Part shown: positions 31,916 to 42,578 of the stretch, one piece after another
Layout: each line of letters opens with the position of its first letter
Numbering within the stretch: the first letter of the stretch is position 1
Source: an uncultured delta proteobacterium
Lineage (GTDB): Bacteria > Desulfobacterota > Binatia > UBA9968
Assembly (NCBI GenBank): GCA_963745835.1
Contig: CAVUZH010000005.1
Location: 64,001 to 128,000, forward strand
Direction: 5' to 3'
Length of the DNA: 64,000 bases
The notes under the pieces: model-generated
The model's database searches: none
The model's input: only the letters and a program-made list of their open reading frames with translations
What the model was told of the DNA's origin: nothing
Made by a program: the position numbers and the translations under genes

Positions 31916-33538
31916 ATGGAACTCGCAACCGAACAAACCGACGCGGCGCGCCTTTCAGAAGAGGTGGCGCGCCGCCGAACCTTTGCCATCATCTCGCACC
32001 CCGATGCAGGCAAGACGACCCTCACAGAAAAACTTTTATTGTACGGTGGCGCCGTAGAGACGGCGGGTGCCGTGCGCGCAGGTAGGAATCAGCGCCATGC
32101 CACCTCGGACTGGATGGACTTAGAGCAGGAGCGAGGCATTTCGATTACTGCAAGCGCCCTGGAGATCGAGTACCAGGGATTCCGGCTCAACCTGTTAGAC
32201 ACACCCGGGCACCAGGATTTCAGCGAAGATACTTACCGCACTCTCATGGTCGCCGATAGCGCAGTCATGGTGCTCGATAGCGCCAAAGGGATCGAAGCTC
32301 AAACAGAGAAGCTTTTCCAGGTGTGCCGGATGCGCGGCATTCCGATCTTGACCTTTATCAACAAGCTGGATCATTTCGGGCGGGATCCTTTGGAACTGAT
32401 GGACGAGATCGAGCGGGTTTTGGGAATCGCAACCGCGCCAATCAATTGGCCCATCGGCATGGGATCGACATTCCAAGGCGTATATGACCTGCAACATCGC
32501 CGGGTTCTCCAGTTCGAAAGGACCGAGCGCGGGCAGTGGCGGGCCCCGGTCGCGGTCAGAAGCCTGGAAGACCCATCGCTCCCTGGGCTTTTGGGCGAAA
32601 CGCTCAGTGGTGAGCTGCGTGAACACATCGCGCTTCTGACCGGAGCAGGCAACGCCTTTGACCGGCGGCGGTTTCTGGCAGGAGATCTCACACCTGTCTT
32701 CTTTGGCAGCGCGCTCAATAATTTCGGTGTCGAACCGTTTCTGGATGCGCTCTTGAATCTAGCGCCTGAGCCCAGCGCGTTTGAGAAGAACGGAACTGTG
32801 CTTCAGCCCAGAAACGAATCCTTCACCGGATTTGTTTTTAAGATCCAAGCTAACATGGATCCGCGGCATCGTGATCGGATGGCCTTTCTGCGCATTTTGT
32901 CCGGTCGTTTTGAAAAAGATATGACGGCCTATCACTCCCGATTGCAACGGGAGGTGCGGCTGTCGCGAGCGTACCGGATCTTTGCCCGAGAACGGGAGCC
33001 GGTGCGGGAGGCGTTTGCCGGCGATATCATCGGCGTCATCAATCCGGGTCTATTCGTTATTGGCGACACAGTAACCACGGGAGAGCCAGCGGAGCTCATT
33101 GATATCCCGCGTTTTCCCCCGGAACACTTCGCAGTTCTCGTTAACCAAGAGATTGTTCGTTATAAGCAGTTCCACAAGGGATTGTCACAATTGGAGGAAG
33201 AGGGTGCGGTCCAGGTCCTGTATGCCGCAGGAGGTGCCCGCCGCGAGCCGATTCTCGCGGCTGTGGGAGCCCTACAGTTCGATGTCGTTTTGGCTCGCTT
33301 ACGGCAAGAGTATGGTGTTGAGGCCAGAATCGAGCGGCTGCCATTCACATGTGCTCGCTGGATCGAGGGCCAAAGCATAGAGCGAATGACTCTGGGCAGT
33401 GGCGTATTGCGCTGCCGCGATCGCAACGGCGAGACGGTGGTGCTTTTCGCGTCCGATTGGCATCTTGAATATTTTCGCAAAGAGAACCCGGATATTGAAA
33501 TTGTCACGGTGGGCTCGCCCTGGATGACCAAAAATTAA
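31916..33538 (+). CDS. prfC: Peptide chain release factor 3
   Basis: RRRTFAIISHPDAGKTTLTEKLLL, SDWM..EQERGISIT, DTPGHQDFSEDTYRTL, NKLD, FKIQANMDPRHRDR. Confidence 0.96.
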   Translation: MELATEQTDAARLSEEVARRRTFAIISHPDAGKTTLTEKLLLYGGAVETAGAVRAGRNQRHATSDWMDLEQERGISITASALEIEYQGFRLNLLDTPGHQDFSEDTYRTLMVADSAVMVLDSAKGIEAQTEKLFQVCRMRGIPILTFINKLDHFGRDPLELMDEIERVLGIATAPINWPIGMGSTFQGVYDLQHRRVLQFERTERGQWRAPVAVRSLEDPSLPGLLGETLSGELREHIALLTGAGNAFDRRRFLAGDLTPVFFGSALNNFGVEPFLDALLNLAPEPSAFEKNGTVLQPRNESFTGFVFKIQANMDPRHRDRMAFLRILSGRFEKDMTAYHSRLQREVRLSRAYRIFAREREPVREAFAGDIIGVINPGLFVIGDTVTTGEPAELIDIPRFPPEHFAVLVNQEIVRYKQFHKGLSQLEEEGAVQVLYAAGGARREPILAAVGALQFDVVLARLRQEYGVEARIERLPFTCARWIEGQSIERMTLGSGVLRCRDRNGETVVLFASDWHLEYFRKENPDIEIVTVGSPWMTKN

Positions 33539-33675
33539 AACACACCATTCGTAACGCGCCGGCTTCCTAACGATCCGCGCTTGGCGCCAGAACATCGTCT
33601 CGATAAATTAGCAGCCTTGATGAAAGCAAAATACCCTGCGGTTAAATCTGTCATGTAGGGCGAAAGTCGGGATCT

Positions 33676-35715
33676 GTGAAAGCTGGATTGAACTTCATAC
33701 TGGAAAAGCGGGCCAGTCGATCCAAAGCACGGGCGGCAAAGTTCTTCACTCTTCATGGCGAGGTCCAAACTCCGATCTTCATGCCTGTCGGAACCCAGGC
33801 AGCCGTCAAAGGCCAGACTCTCGACAATTTGAAGGCGGCTGGCGCGCGGGTGCTTCTGGTCAATACCTATCACTTGCTGCTTCGCCCGGGGGCTGATGTT
33901 CTGAAGAGCTTCGGCGGCATTCACAGCTTCATGAATTGGCATGGGCCGGTGCTCAGCGACTCCGGCGGTTTTCAGATCTTTTCTTTGCCGCGCTTAAGAG
34001 AGATCAACGAAGAAGGCGCTCGTTTTAAAAGTTACGTCGATGGACAGTCTTATCTCCTGTCGCCTGAATCGAGCATCGAGATGCAGAAAGCGATCGGCAG
34101 CGATATCATGATGGCGCTCGATGTGTGCATCCCTGCGACGGCGCCCTATGCTCAAGCTCAATCCGCGATGGAGATCACCCATGGTTGGGCCCGGCGTTCG
34201 CTGCGCGCCAGAGGCGATTCGGATCAAGCTCTGTTCGGAATCGTTCAGGGCGCCTGTCATGCCGAACTCAGGATCATCAGCGCCGAATTCTCAAGCAGCC
34301 TTCCCTTTGACGGACTGGCCATTGGAGGTTTGGCAGTAGGCGAAACTCATCGCGAGCGCTACGATGTGACGGCGCTGGTCACCGAACGACTGCCGGAGAA
34401 TCTCCCTCGTTATCTCATGGGAGTGGGGACGCCGATCGATATTCTCGAGAGCGTTCACCGCGGCGTCGATATGTTCGATTGTATCATTCCCTCTCAACTG
34501 GCGCGTCGCGGAGTGGCGTTCACGTCGCGAGGCAAGCTGCAGATGCGCCGGTCGGTGCACAAGTTTTCACAAGAACCGCTGGATACTCGGTGCGATTGCA
34601 GGAGCTGCCAACAGCATTCGCGCGGCTACATCCACCATCTCATCAAGTGCGACGAGGTTTTAGGGTGGCATCTTCTAGGCGTTCACAACATGACTTTCTA
34701 TCAGCGCCTGATGAGCGAAATGAGAAAGAGCATCTTGGCCGATGACTTTCTCTCTTATTACGAGACTAAACGATTCGAGTTAACGCGCGGCGACGAAGAC
34801 AATCCCGTAAGCCGCCCGCGAAAAAGCCCCAAGAGATCTCAGCCCACCCGCCTGGGCGATTATGAAATCCACACGTCCGCGCAGGGTTTCTCCAGCATAC
34901 GCCAGATCAGCTCGGGCGAGATCATGCACTCGGTGAATGCTCCGGATGACGAGGCCAATAGACTCTATGTGGAGCAGTCATGTCTTGCCGGCCGGTCACT
35001 GGAGCAGGAGAGCGAGAGAACCGAGCTGGTCATCTGGGATGTCGGCCTCGGCGCTGCGTTCAACGCCATGGCGGTGATTCACTGTTTTGAAAGTAGTTTG
35101 GCTAAGCCAGGCGCGCTGGTTAGGCGATTGCGTCTAGTCAGCTTCGAATGGGATTTCGATCCGCTCCTGCTTGCTCTGAGATACCCGAGCCGCTTTCCCC
35201 ATCTTCGACACGGCGCGCCTTACCATATTCTTGAAAACGGCAAATGGAAACATGATTCGAAACTGCTCCGGTGGGAGCTTCTCAAAGGCGACTTCAGGGA
35301 TTTCATCGAATCGGCGAAAGCTCCCGATTTTATTTTTTACGACCCGTTCTCATATAAGACAGACGACGCGCTTTGGACGTGGCAAATTTTTTCGCGGATG
35401 GTTAAACGTGCCGGGTCGAAATCCACGGAACTCTATACGTACTCAGCTTCGACTGCGGTTCGAGGAGCTCTCTTGGCAGCGGGCTTTTTTGTCGCGCAAG
35501 GCATCGGCATAGGGCCTAAGTCGGATACCACGATCGGTTTTACCAGCGTAAGCGGGTCGCAAGATCATCCGCTCTCTCCTCGACTGCTAGAGCAATCATG
35601 GCTCATGCGTTGGCGCCGAAGCGATGCGAAATTTCCTGCGACCATGGGAGAGCAAGAAAAGTCTCATTTCGAGAGACTCATTGAAACCCATCCGCAGTTT
35701 TCAGGGAAACTGTAG
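33676..35715 (+). CDS. tgt: tRNA-guanine transglycosylase fused to a C-terminal MnmC-type SAM methyltransferase domain
   Basis: TPIFMPVGT, NTYHL, DSGGFQ, GIVQG, GGLAVGE, PRYLMGVG, DMFDC, CDC..C zinc site; C-terminus IMHS..EA..LYV, DVGLGAAFN, YDPFS, TYSASTAVR.ALLAAGF. Confidence 0.9.
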   Translation: MKAGLNFILEKRASRSKARAAKFFTLHGEVQTPIFMPVGTQAAVKGQTLDNLKAAGARVLLVNTYHLLLRPGADVLKSFGGIHSFMNWHGPVLSDSGGFQIFSLPRLREINEEGARFKSYVDGQSYLLSPESSIEMQKAIGSDIMMALDVCIPATAPYAQAQSAMEITHGWARRSLRARGDSDQALFGIVQGACHAELRIISAEFSSSLPFDGLAIGGLAVGETHRERYDVTALVTERLPENLPRYLMGVGTPIDILESVHRGVDMFDCIIPSQLARRGVAFTSRGKLQMRRSVHKFSQEPLDTRCDCRSCQQHSRGYIHHLIKCDEVLGWHLLGVHNMTFYQRLMSEMRKSILADDFLSYYETKRFELTRGDEDNPVSRPRKSPKRSQPTRLGDYEIHTSAQGFSSIRQISSGEIMHSVNAPDDEANRLYVEQSCLAGRSLEQESERTELVIWDVGLGAAFNAMAVIHCFESSLAKPGALVRRLRLVSFEWDFDPLLLALRYPSRFPHLRHGAPYHILENGKWKHDSKLLRWELLKGDFRDFIESAKAPDFIFYDPFSYKTDDALWTWQIFSRMVKRAGSKSTELYTYSASTAVRGALLAAGFFVAQGIGIGPKSDTTIGFTSVSGSQDHPLSPRLLEQSWLMRWRRSDAKFPATMGEQEKSHFERLIETHPQFSGKL

Positions 35716-35835
35716 AATTAGATAGGCAACTTTCCGATATCGCACACAGAGCGGTCATTGATTCTTGAGCAAGGCGGAAGTCGTTGTTGTTGAACGGCCG
35801 CTCCCTGCGGGTTTCGAAGAACCGGCGTGTTCCTC

Positions 35836-36672
35836 TTATACCGCGATCATCTCGATCCGCTGGAGCTCTTCTTTGGAGAGCGCGAACTGCTCGGCTTGCA
35901 GGTCTTCTCTCATATGTTGTTCGTTCGTGGTTCCGGTCAACGGCAACATGCCAATCTGCATGGCGAACCGGAAGATGATCTGCGCGGCAGTGGCGCCTAA
36001 CCGTGTGGCGATTTGTTGAACTTGCGGAGCAGCGAGAACTTTTCTGTTGGCGGTCAACAGTGAAAAGCCTTGATAGATGATGCCGTGGCTTTGGCAGATC
36101 TCTCTGACGTCTTTATCCCATGCGAGCGCCGCATAGCAGCGGTTCTGCACCACCATCGGTTTATGATCCGCCTGTTCACATAACTCGGTGAGTTGCCCGG
36201 CCGTGATGTTGCTAATGCCGATCATTTTGGTTTTCCCCGATTGATAAAGCGCTTCCATCGCCGACCAGACCTCCCAATCCGCTTCTCCCAAACCCCGCCG
36301 CGAAAAAGGCGCGTGCAAAACGTAGGAGTCCACATAATCGGTGGCCAGGTGAGCCAATGAGCTGGCAAAGGACTGCTGAACCTGTGTGGTGAGATCGGCG
36401 CTGGGATCGTAAGGCGTCCGATGGTCCTGGCCCTCGGCTGGAGTAAACTTGGTCTGAAGAAAGAGGCTGTTCCGCTTAGTGCCCTGCTGCTGCAGCGACT
36501 TCAGCGCTTCACCTACTAGAGCTTCCTGATAATGGATTAATTGATTGGCGGTATCGATGGCTTTGAAGCCGGCTGCTACGGCCATTATCACCAATTCGGA
36601 AGTGGCCTCTTTTTTCCATGCCGTACCATACATAAGAGAGGGCACGGCCACATTATTATAAGCGCGCAACAT
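35836..36672 (-). CDS. Aldo/keto reductase
   Basis: YGTAWK, IDTA..Y.E..VG, LQTKF, DSYVLH, IGISN. Confidence 0.88.
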   Translation of the reverse strand: MLRAYNNVAVPSLMYGTAWKKEATSELVIMAVAAGFKAIDTANQLIHYQEALVGEALKSLQQQGTKRNSLFLQTKFTPAEGQDHRTPYDPSADLTTQVQQSFASSLAHLATDYVDSYVLHAPFSRRGLGEADWEVWSAMEALYQSGKTKMIGISNITAGQLTELCEQADHKPMVVQNRCYAALAWDKDVREICQSHGIIYQGFSLLTANRKVLAAPQVQQIATRLGATAAQIIFRFAMQIGMLPLTGTTNEQHMREDLQAEQFALSKEELQRIEMIAV

Positions 36673-36811
36673 GATTTTCTCCCTGCCGCGGTTAATCAGT
36701 TTCTACCAAAAGGTGCGCTCGAAATCGACGTGCTGACTCGAAACTCACTTGAATGCCCAGTACCATTTCAACCGCAGAAGAAAACCGTCCTTCGTTGAGG
36801 AGCTAGGCTGG

Positions 36812-37807
36812 TTAACGACGGCCATAGAGTTTGTCGATGAAGCCGCTGCTTCGAAGTTGATCGACGAAGCGCAAGTCGACAAAATCTTCGGCTTTGGCCT
36901 TTGCCGCCTTGGGATCCCATGAGGATTGCACTTCCAGTGTGTTTCTCAGTCCCTCCACGGTCGGGTAGGTATCCTCGACAAAAAGCTGGCTGTATGCCGA
37001 ATAAGCCCCTTCAAGAATGGCGCGACTAGGCCCACGGGTGTATTTGCTCATGATTTTGATGGATTCTTCCTTGTTCATTTTAAAGAAGTGAACCCCCGCT
37101 GCAATCGCCTCGACCATACGCTGGACCGCATTGGGTTGCTCGCGAATCATCTGCCTGCTCGTAACCGTGCAAGTATAAAGAAACGGCACTTTGAGCGCTG
37201 CCATGTCGATGACGACCTTGAGGCCGTTACGTTCTCCTTGGATTTTCTCGGCATCGCTAACGATGGTGAAGTCGGTCTGCCCCGCGATCACCGAAGCGAT
37301 GCGCGCCGGACCGCCGCCGACGGTGATCGCCTTGATTTGATTATAGGGAATGCCAACCTGTTTGAGCGCGAGACGCAGGGCAAAATCCGCCGCGGTTCCC
37401 GGAATATGCACCGCCGCCGTTCTGCCTTTTAACTCCTCCCGTGATTTGATGTTGGTTTTGCCGACGACGTAGTAAGGTAAAGTGTTGACCACCCCATTGA
37501 CGATTGCGATGTCGCCGCCGGCGATTCTGCCGTTAATCGCCGAAGTTCCTACTGCTTCGGTAAAACTCAAATCACCCGCCAAAAGGCTCTGGATGCCCCG
37601 GGTGCTGCCGTCGATGAAGACCAGGTCGATATCCAAGCCGTATTTTTTGAACAGTCCTGCTTCCTTGGCGATCCAGGCCGGCACGGACGAGCTCGGAGAG
37701 TCGGAGATGTAAGCTGACAGCAGCTTGCTCTGCGCCGGCGCGCTTGTTCCAACGATTACTGAAAGACAAAAGAATAAAATCAAGCCGCCAACAGAAGCAA
37801 TTTTCAT
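36812..37807 (-). CDS. ABC transporter substrate-binding protein, NMT1/SsuA-like
   Basis: Signal peptide; WIAKEAGLFKKYGLDIDLV, FVDLRFVDQL..SGFIDKLY. Confidence 0.85.
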   Translation of the reverse strand: MKIASVGGLILFFCLSVIVGTSAPAQSKLLSAYISDSPSSSVPAWIAKEAGLFKKYGLDIDLVFIDGSTRGIQSLLAGDLSFTEAVGTSAINGRIAGGDIAIVNGVVNTLPYYVVGKTNIKSREELKGRTAAVHIPGTAADFALRLALKQVGIPYNQIKAITVGGGPARIASVIAGQTDFTIVSDAEKIQGERNGLKVVIDMAALKVPFLYTCTVTSRQMIREQPNAVQRMVEAIAAGVHFFKMNKEESIKIMSKYTRGPSRAILEGAYSAYSQLFVEDTYPTVEGLRNTLEVQSSWDPKAAKAKAEDFVDLRFVDQLRSSGFIDKLYGRR

Positions 37808-38002
37808 AGTGTCCTCAACTGCAAATGATGACTAAGCCCGATCGTCAACGATCTTTATTGCGCATTCGCCAGGGCCCGTCCAATGAGACGTTCCTTTAAG
37901 CCACACAATTAGTGAGGAGCATGAATAGCTGCTGCAATATATCAAGCAGGCATACCATCATGCTTGGTCTTCGAGCGGCGGTCATTTGTCGTGCAACTCT
38001 AC

Positions 38003-39091
38003 TCAGCCAGCGTGTCTGGATAGAGCGGGCATAACCTGGCCGGCAAGGAGTTTGATAGATTCCTCGTAATCCGGGCCGAGCTTGGCAAAAGCAACCTGAT
38101 CGTAACCAAGCCTTCCCGCGGCTCCGACCAACTCGATAATCTGATCCCTGACTTCTTCCGGCCTGCCCGCAGCGTAATAGGTCTTGACCATATGTTCGGT
38201 GACCAGCTCAGAAGCTTCCTCCACGGTGGCTCCCGTTTCGAACGCTCTTTTAAGGCTAAGTACTTGCTCCCGGGTCACGCCCATTTTGCCATACTCATCG
38301 GCGGTGAAACCCAAAGCCTCCCATTGTAGAATTGAATGAGCCACCTGGCGCTTGGGAAACTCGATCGCTTTAACCCGGTTGCTGGAGATCGACACGTTAA
38401 GTTCACATACTTTGCGCAATCGTTTTGCGGGGTCGATTTCCTGTGCGGCATGATCCGCGGCGGCGAGCATGCCGGGGAGCCGTCCAGCCTTGAGCATCGG
38501 AATATACGTTCCCGAGCTGATTAATCCGTCCATGATGCGGCCGCACATTCGCAGCGCCTGCGGGCCATTGCCGCCGCCGTAAAACTTAAAACGCGATCGC
38601 GGTTTGAAAGCGAGGCGAAACCTTCCGCTCGGATTAAGATGGTAAAATTCTTGAAGGAATGGGTAGTCAGCATAGTTCAACTCCTGACCGCTCAATGCCT
38701 GCCGCAGCAGCTGAACTGTTTCGCTGACCATGGCAACAGGCCGAAGAGGCTGAACGTGCTGGGGGGACTGTCCGAGGTCGCCCCTGGCTATCCCCACGCT
38801 TATCTCCCGATCTTCGCACAGCTCGGAAAGAGCGCCGAGCGAGTCGGCGACATCCAAGGGGTTATGAAAGTACGGCACCATGATCGCGGTGCCGAGGCGG
38901 ATCGGTACCTGTGAGGCAATCGCCGTGAGCACGACAATCTGACCGCGGTAACGAATATTATCGTTGACCCAGATCTGCTGAAAACCGTTGTCGGCGGCGA
39001 GATGAGCCAGTCGAACCAAATCTCGAACCGTATATTGATTAGCTAGATGAGTGACAAATTGCAGCCCGAGCTCTCCATTGAAAATTGCCAT
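38003..39091 (-). CDS. LLM class flavin-dependent (F420/FMN) oxidoreductase
   Basis: A..A...GFQQIWVND, IRLGTAI..P...P, GIARGD, GPQALR.CG.I.DG; start set at MAIF. Confidence 0.78.
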   Translation of the reverse strand: MAIFNGELGLQFVTHLANQYTVRDLVRLAHLAADNGFQQIWVNDNIRYRGQIVVLTAIASQVPIRLGTAIMVPYFHNPLDVADSLGALSELCEDREISVGIARGDLGQSPQHVQPLRPVAMVSETVQLLRQALSGQELNYADYPFLQEFYHLNPSGRFRLAFKPRSRFKFYGGGNGPQALRMCGRIMDGLISSGTYIPMLKAGRLPGMLAAADHAAQEIDPAKRLRKVCELNVSISSNRVKAIEFPKRQVAHSILQWEALGFTADEYGKMGVTREQVLSLKRAFETGATVEEASELVTEHMVKTYYAAGRPEEVRDQIIELVGAAGRLGYDQVAFAKLGPDYEESIKLLAGQVMPALSRHAG

Positions 39092-39352
39092 GTCTCTACT
39101 CCGCCGTTTACTGCATCTATGACATGCTCGTGCTGTGTGCGGCAAGCAGATTCAGAATGACCAAGTTTGCATAAAATTGTGATCGAGCAAACTCGCAGAG
39201 TTTTTCGGGTCGAGGTCTGAAAAGGCAGGACCGGATTTACCCGACCGATCGCCTTACGGTGCGTGAGATATGAAAGGTAAGAGCGCTACACTCTATCCGA
39301 AACCAGAGCATTCATCCGCTCTCAAACCGGTGAACCGGCTAGGGTTTAGCGC

Positions 39353-39586
39353 TTATCTTTCTTCGAAAAGATCCGGTTTGCCATCATCGATCCACTTCAT
39401 GGCGAAATCGTATCCCCGTGATATGGCATCGTCTGCCGTGTCGAAGCGGCCGCCATAATCAGTAAACGTCTTTACTCCCGCGTCAGCGCCCTGCTTCGAA
39501 ACCACCCATGTAAATGTCCACTGATGCGTGTGCGGAACGCGTAAGGCGCTCACTCGAATAACGTGTCCGTTGTAATGGGCTTCCAT
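39353..39586 (-). CDS. Hypothetical small protein
   Basis: GGAG RBS; Y.GH.I.V..W..F.T.D.A..G...A.KWID pattern typical of small globular hypotheticals. Confidence 0.55.
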   Translation of the reverse strand: MEAHYNGHVIRVSALRVPHTHQWTFTWVVSKQGADAGVKTFTDYGGRFDTADDAISRGYDFAMKWIDDGKPDLFEER

Positions 39587-40007
39587 TGCTCTCCCCAATT
39601 TTCAAAATCGGCTTACAACGTTCTCGTTAGATTTCTATAAAGTCTAGCACTCAGGGCCAGGAGAAAAAGATAGGCGCCACACATTGATAAAACGGTGGGG
39701 TTTTAGCCTAAGGCGAGTTGCCGCCGATCATCTGTCCGTCAGAACGAGGCGGTTGCTTGTCCCAAATCCGAGTCTGAAAGAGCCGCAAAACTCCAGGTGT
39801 GATACAAGACGGCAAGCGTCACCTGAACAAGAGAAATCCATCGTTTAACTGCCTCAGGCTAGGCGCTGTGAACCTGGCTTCGCTCCAGTGCGCATCTGCT
39901 AGCCTGGTGCGCTTAATCGACTACAGCTGCAAGACGATTCGCTCATTAGCATTGCTCGCTCCGTGTACGACAAAATTAGATGCGATTCGGAGACATCTGT
40001 TTTCTCT

Positions 40008-40023
40008 TGGCATCTCGCTTGCT
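40008..40023 (+). promoter_or_regulatory. Sigma54 promoter candidate
   Basis: TGGCATCTCGCTTGCT upstream of the hemerythrin gene. Confidence 0.7.
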
Positions 40024-40162
40024 GCGCTAGACTTTCATCACGATGCGCTGGACGCCCTGAAAAATTTACCGCCTCAGCAAAACAAACTGCTTTTAACGGA
40101 ACGCATTTAGCCGTCAATTGGGAAACGTACTAACTGTGCTCGAGCGAGTTCAAGGAGGTTTG

Positions 40163-40597
40163 ATGGATGCATTAGAACTTTTGAAACAGGATCACGCGAG
40201 AGTAAAAAAATTATTCGACAAAGCTGAAAGCGCTGATGACCGGGAGCAGAAACGCATTTTCAGTCAAATCAAAAGTGAGTTGGAGATGCATGCCCATCTC
40301 GAAGAGAACATTTTCTATCCTGCCATGCAGAGATACGATGAACTAAAAGAGATGATCGTCGAGTCGCTCAAAGAACACAATAATATGAAAACGCTCCTCC
40401 AGAAGATGGCTACTCTCTCCGATCCTCAAGATTTCGAAGACAAGCTTGAGGAGCTGATCGATAACGTCGAACATCACGCCGAAGATGAAGAAGAGGCAAA
40501 GATGTTCCCGAAGGTCCGTGAGCTTGTCAGTATCAACGAACTGCAGAAACTAGGATCTCAACTCCAGGCAGCCAAAGGCCAGCGTAAAGCGAGCTGA
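40163..40597 (+). CDS. Hemerythrin/HHE domain protein
   Basis: MDALELLKQDH..VKKLF, HAHLEENIFYPA, EH, HHAEDEEE..MFP; AAGGAGG RBS. Confidence 0.88.
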   Translation: MDALELLKQDHARVKKLFDKAESADDREQKRIFSQIKSELEMHAHLEENIFYPAMQRYDELKEMIVESLKEHNNMKTLLQKMATLSDPQDFEDKLEELIDNVEHHAEDEEEAKMFPKVRELVSINELQKLGSQLQAAKGQRKAS

Positions 40598-40661
40598 GCA
40601 GTCTGAGGGCAACAGATTGATTCCGGCGCGGGGATGTGAGTTGTAATAGACTGTGATGACT

Positions 40662-42023
40662 TTAACCGCGGGCGGGAAATTCGATTTTGAAAGTCGTTCC
40701 GGCTCCCTCTTCGCTTTCGACAGTGATGGCGCCGTTATGATCGTCGAGAATAGTTTTTACGATAAACAATCCGAGGCCAGTGCCCTCGGTATTGGCCGAG
40801 CCTTCGAGACGCTTGAACTCCCGAAACAGATTAGGCAACTCTCGTTTAGGAATTCCGATGCCGCTATCCTTGATGCTCAGCGAAATCTTGCCTGCGATCA
40901 TCCGCGAAGTTAGAGCGATGGCGCCTCCCGGCGGCGTGTATTTGATGGCGTTGTCGATCAGATTCCAAAGCACCCTCTCTAACTGATTCTGATCGCCATG
41001 ACAGGGCTTTAGATCATCCGCAAGTTCCACTCGAACATCCAGATCTTTCTTACGGAGGGCGACGGTTTGCTGCCGTATGACGTCTCTCAGTATGGGATTG
41101 ATCTCGACCGCAGTCTTACTGGCTTCCGCCTTGGGTGTCACTAGTTCAGACACGTTCAAAAAGCCGATGACCAGGTTTACTATACGATCGATGTTTTCGC
41201 GGATGCATTTGAGCGACAGAGTTTGCTCAGCCGGGTTGGGTTGTCCGCCGAAGGAGCCGGCGAGCAATTCGGCATGGCCGAGAATGACCGAAAGCGGCGC
41301 TTTAACATCATGCGCAAGGGCACACACCACCTGACGTTTGAATTCTTCGGTTTGTTTTAGCTGTTCGATCCGTCGCTTATCTCGTTTCACCTCATTGGTG
41401 AGATGGCCGTACAGAACCGATATGCCGAGCATGAAAGGAACTCGCAGTAGCAGGTCCGAGTTGATAGCCGAGATATCGATTTGCTGCGAGCTAATGAAGA
41501 TCAGAAAGACGGCACTTAACAATGTGCAACCAACCACAATATGGATCAGATTTTCCCCGGTTGCGGCGATGAACACGCAAAAGAAAAAGAGCGCCAGCAA
41601 GTCCCACGGCGCGCTCTGAGTCAATCCGATGGCAGCAAGAATGAGGATCGAGTCAAACGTTAGAAGTTTCGCCTCAATGTTGTTCCCTGCAAAGATCTTG
41701 AGCGGCAGTCGCTGCAGTGCCGCGGCTGAGATAATGCAAAGAACTATTAGCGCCAAGGGCAGCGGAGCGCCGAGACTCCACGCTTGACTGGATAAGATTA
41801 AATAGGATGTACCGACCGCAACAAACCACTGGAGTGCGATAAGCGCATTGCGGTTTTCTGCCGGCGTAGTCTTTGTGTCCTTGCAGGTCAAATCATTCCT
41901 GAAAAGACCTATGATCTGATCGGCAAGGTCGGCTAGTGAGTCTCTTCGTGCGATGTCAGACATTTTACTATTTTGCGAGCCCAATCCGAGTCTCAGCCAA
42001 GTCAGTTTGAGCATTTCAACCAT
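40662..42023 (-). CDS. Membrane-bound sensor histidine kinase
   Basis: About six TM segments; H-box AHDVKAPL, N-box NLIDNAIKYT, DSGIGI, GTGLGL; start may be downstream (41963). Confidence 0.9.
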   Translation of the reverse strand: MVEMLKLTWLRLGLGSQNSKMSDIARRDSLADLADQIIGLFRNDLTCKDTKTTPAENRNALIALQWFVAVGTSYLILSSQAWSLGAPLPLALIVLCIISAAALQRLPLKIFAGNNIEAKLLTFDSILILAAIGLTQSAPWDLLALFFFCVFIAATGENLIHIVVGCTLLSAVFLIFISSQQIDISAINSDLLLRVPFMLGISVLYGHLTNEVKRDKRRIEQLKQTEEFKRQVVCALAHDVKAPLSVILGHAELLAGSFGGQPNPAEQTLSLKCIRENIDRIVNLVIGFLNVSELVTPKAEASKTAVEINPILRDVIRQQTVALRKKDLDVRVELADDLKPCHGDQNQLERVLWNLIDNAIKYTPPGGAIALTSRMIAGKISLSIKDSGIGIPKRELPNLFREFKRLEGSANTEGTGLGLFIVKTILDDHNGAITVESEEGAGTTFKIEFPARG

Positions 42024-42098
42024 TGAGCCACCAGGAATCTGCGGTCGGCGCTGGCTTCAAAGCGGGTTAGATCAATGATGGATCGTCGATACCTGGCG

Positions 42099-42114
42099 AG
42101 CAACCGATGTGCCA
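42099..42114 (-). promoter_or_regulatory. Sigma54 promoter candidate
   Basis: Minus strand TGGCACATCGGTTGCT, full consensus, 76 nt upstream of the kinase ORF. Confidence 0.75.
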
Positions 42115-42578
42115 GAATGCAAGTTACAGTGTGTTCAATGACTTACGTTCAAGAAAACCAGCTCATTTGTGACAAAATGGTTAATACTCGGAAAAGACGG
42201 CCAAAACTGAGCCTTCAGCTCAGGATGAGTAAAGTCGCAGAGGAAGTCGCAGCTCATCGAAATCTGTGTTCTTGTCTTGCTGAACCCACAAGTGCTGGGG
42301 GGAGATTTCGTTGAGTCGCCTTGTGGCGAGACATTATTGATGAAAACACCGGCACACCCGGACCCAACAGTAATCGAAATGAACTTTATTTATGAGTCGA
42401 AAAGACGACAGCGATACGACGACGCTTGCAGCGAACAGACTAGCCCCGCTTATGAGCTGGCCAGAATTCTTTTAAGGGCAAGTCGGATGATGGTGCTCGG
42501 ATCGGATCAAAGCCCAGTTGTGAAATTACAATACTCGGTGGCGGGTTGACCCCTTATAATGACTATTATGATCAATGA

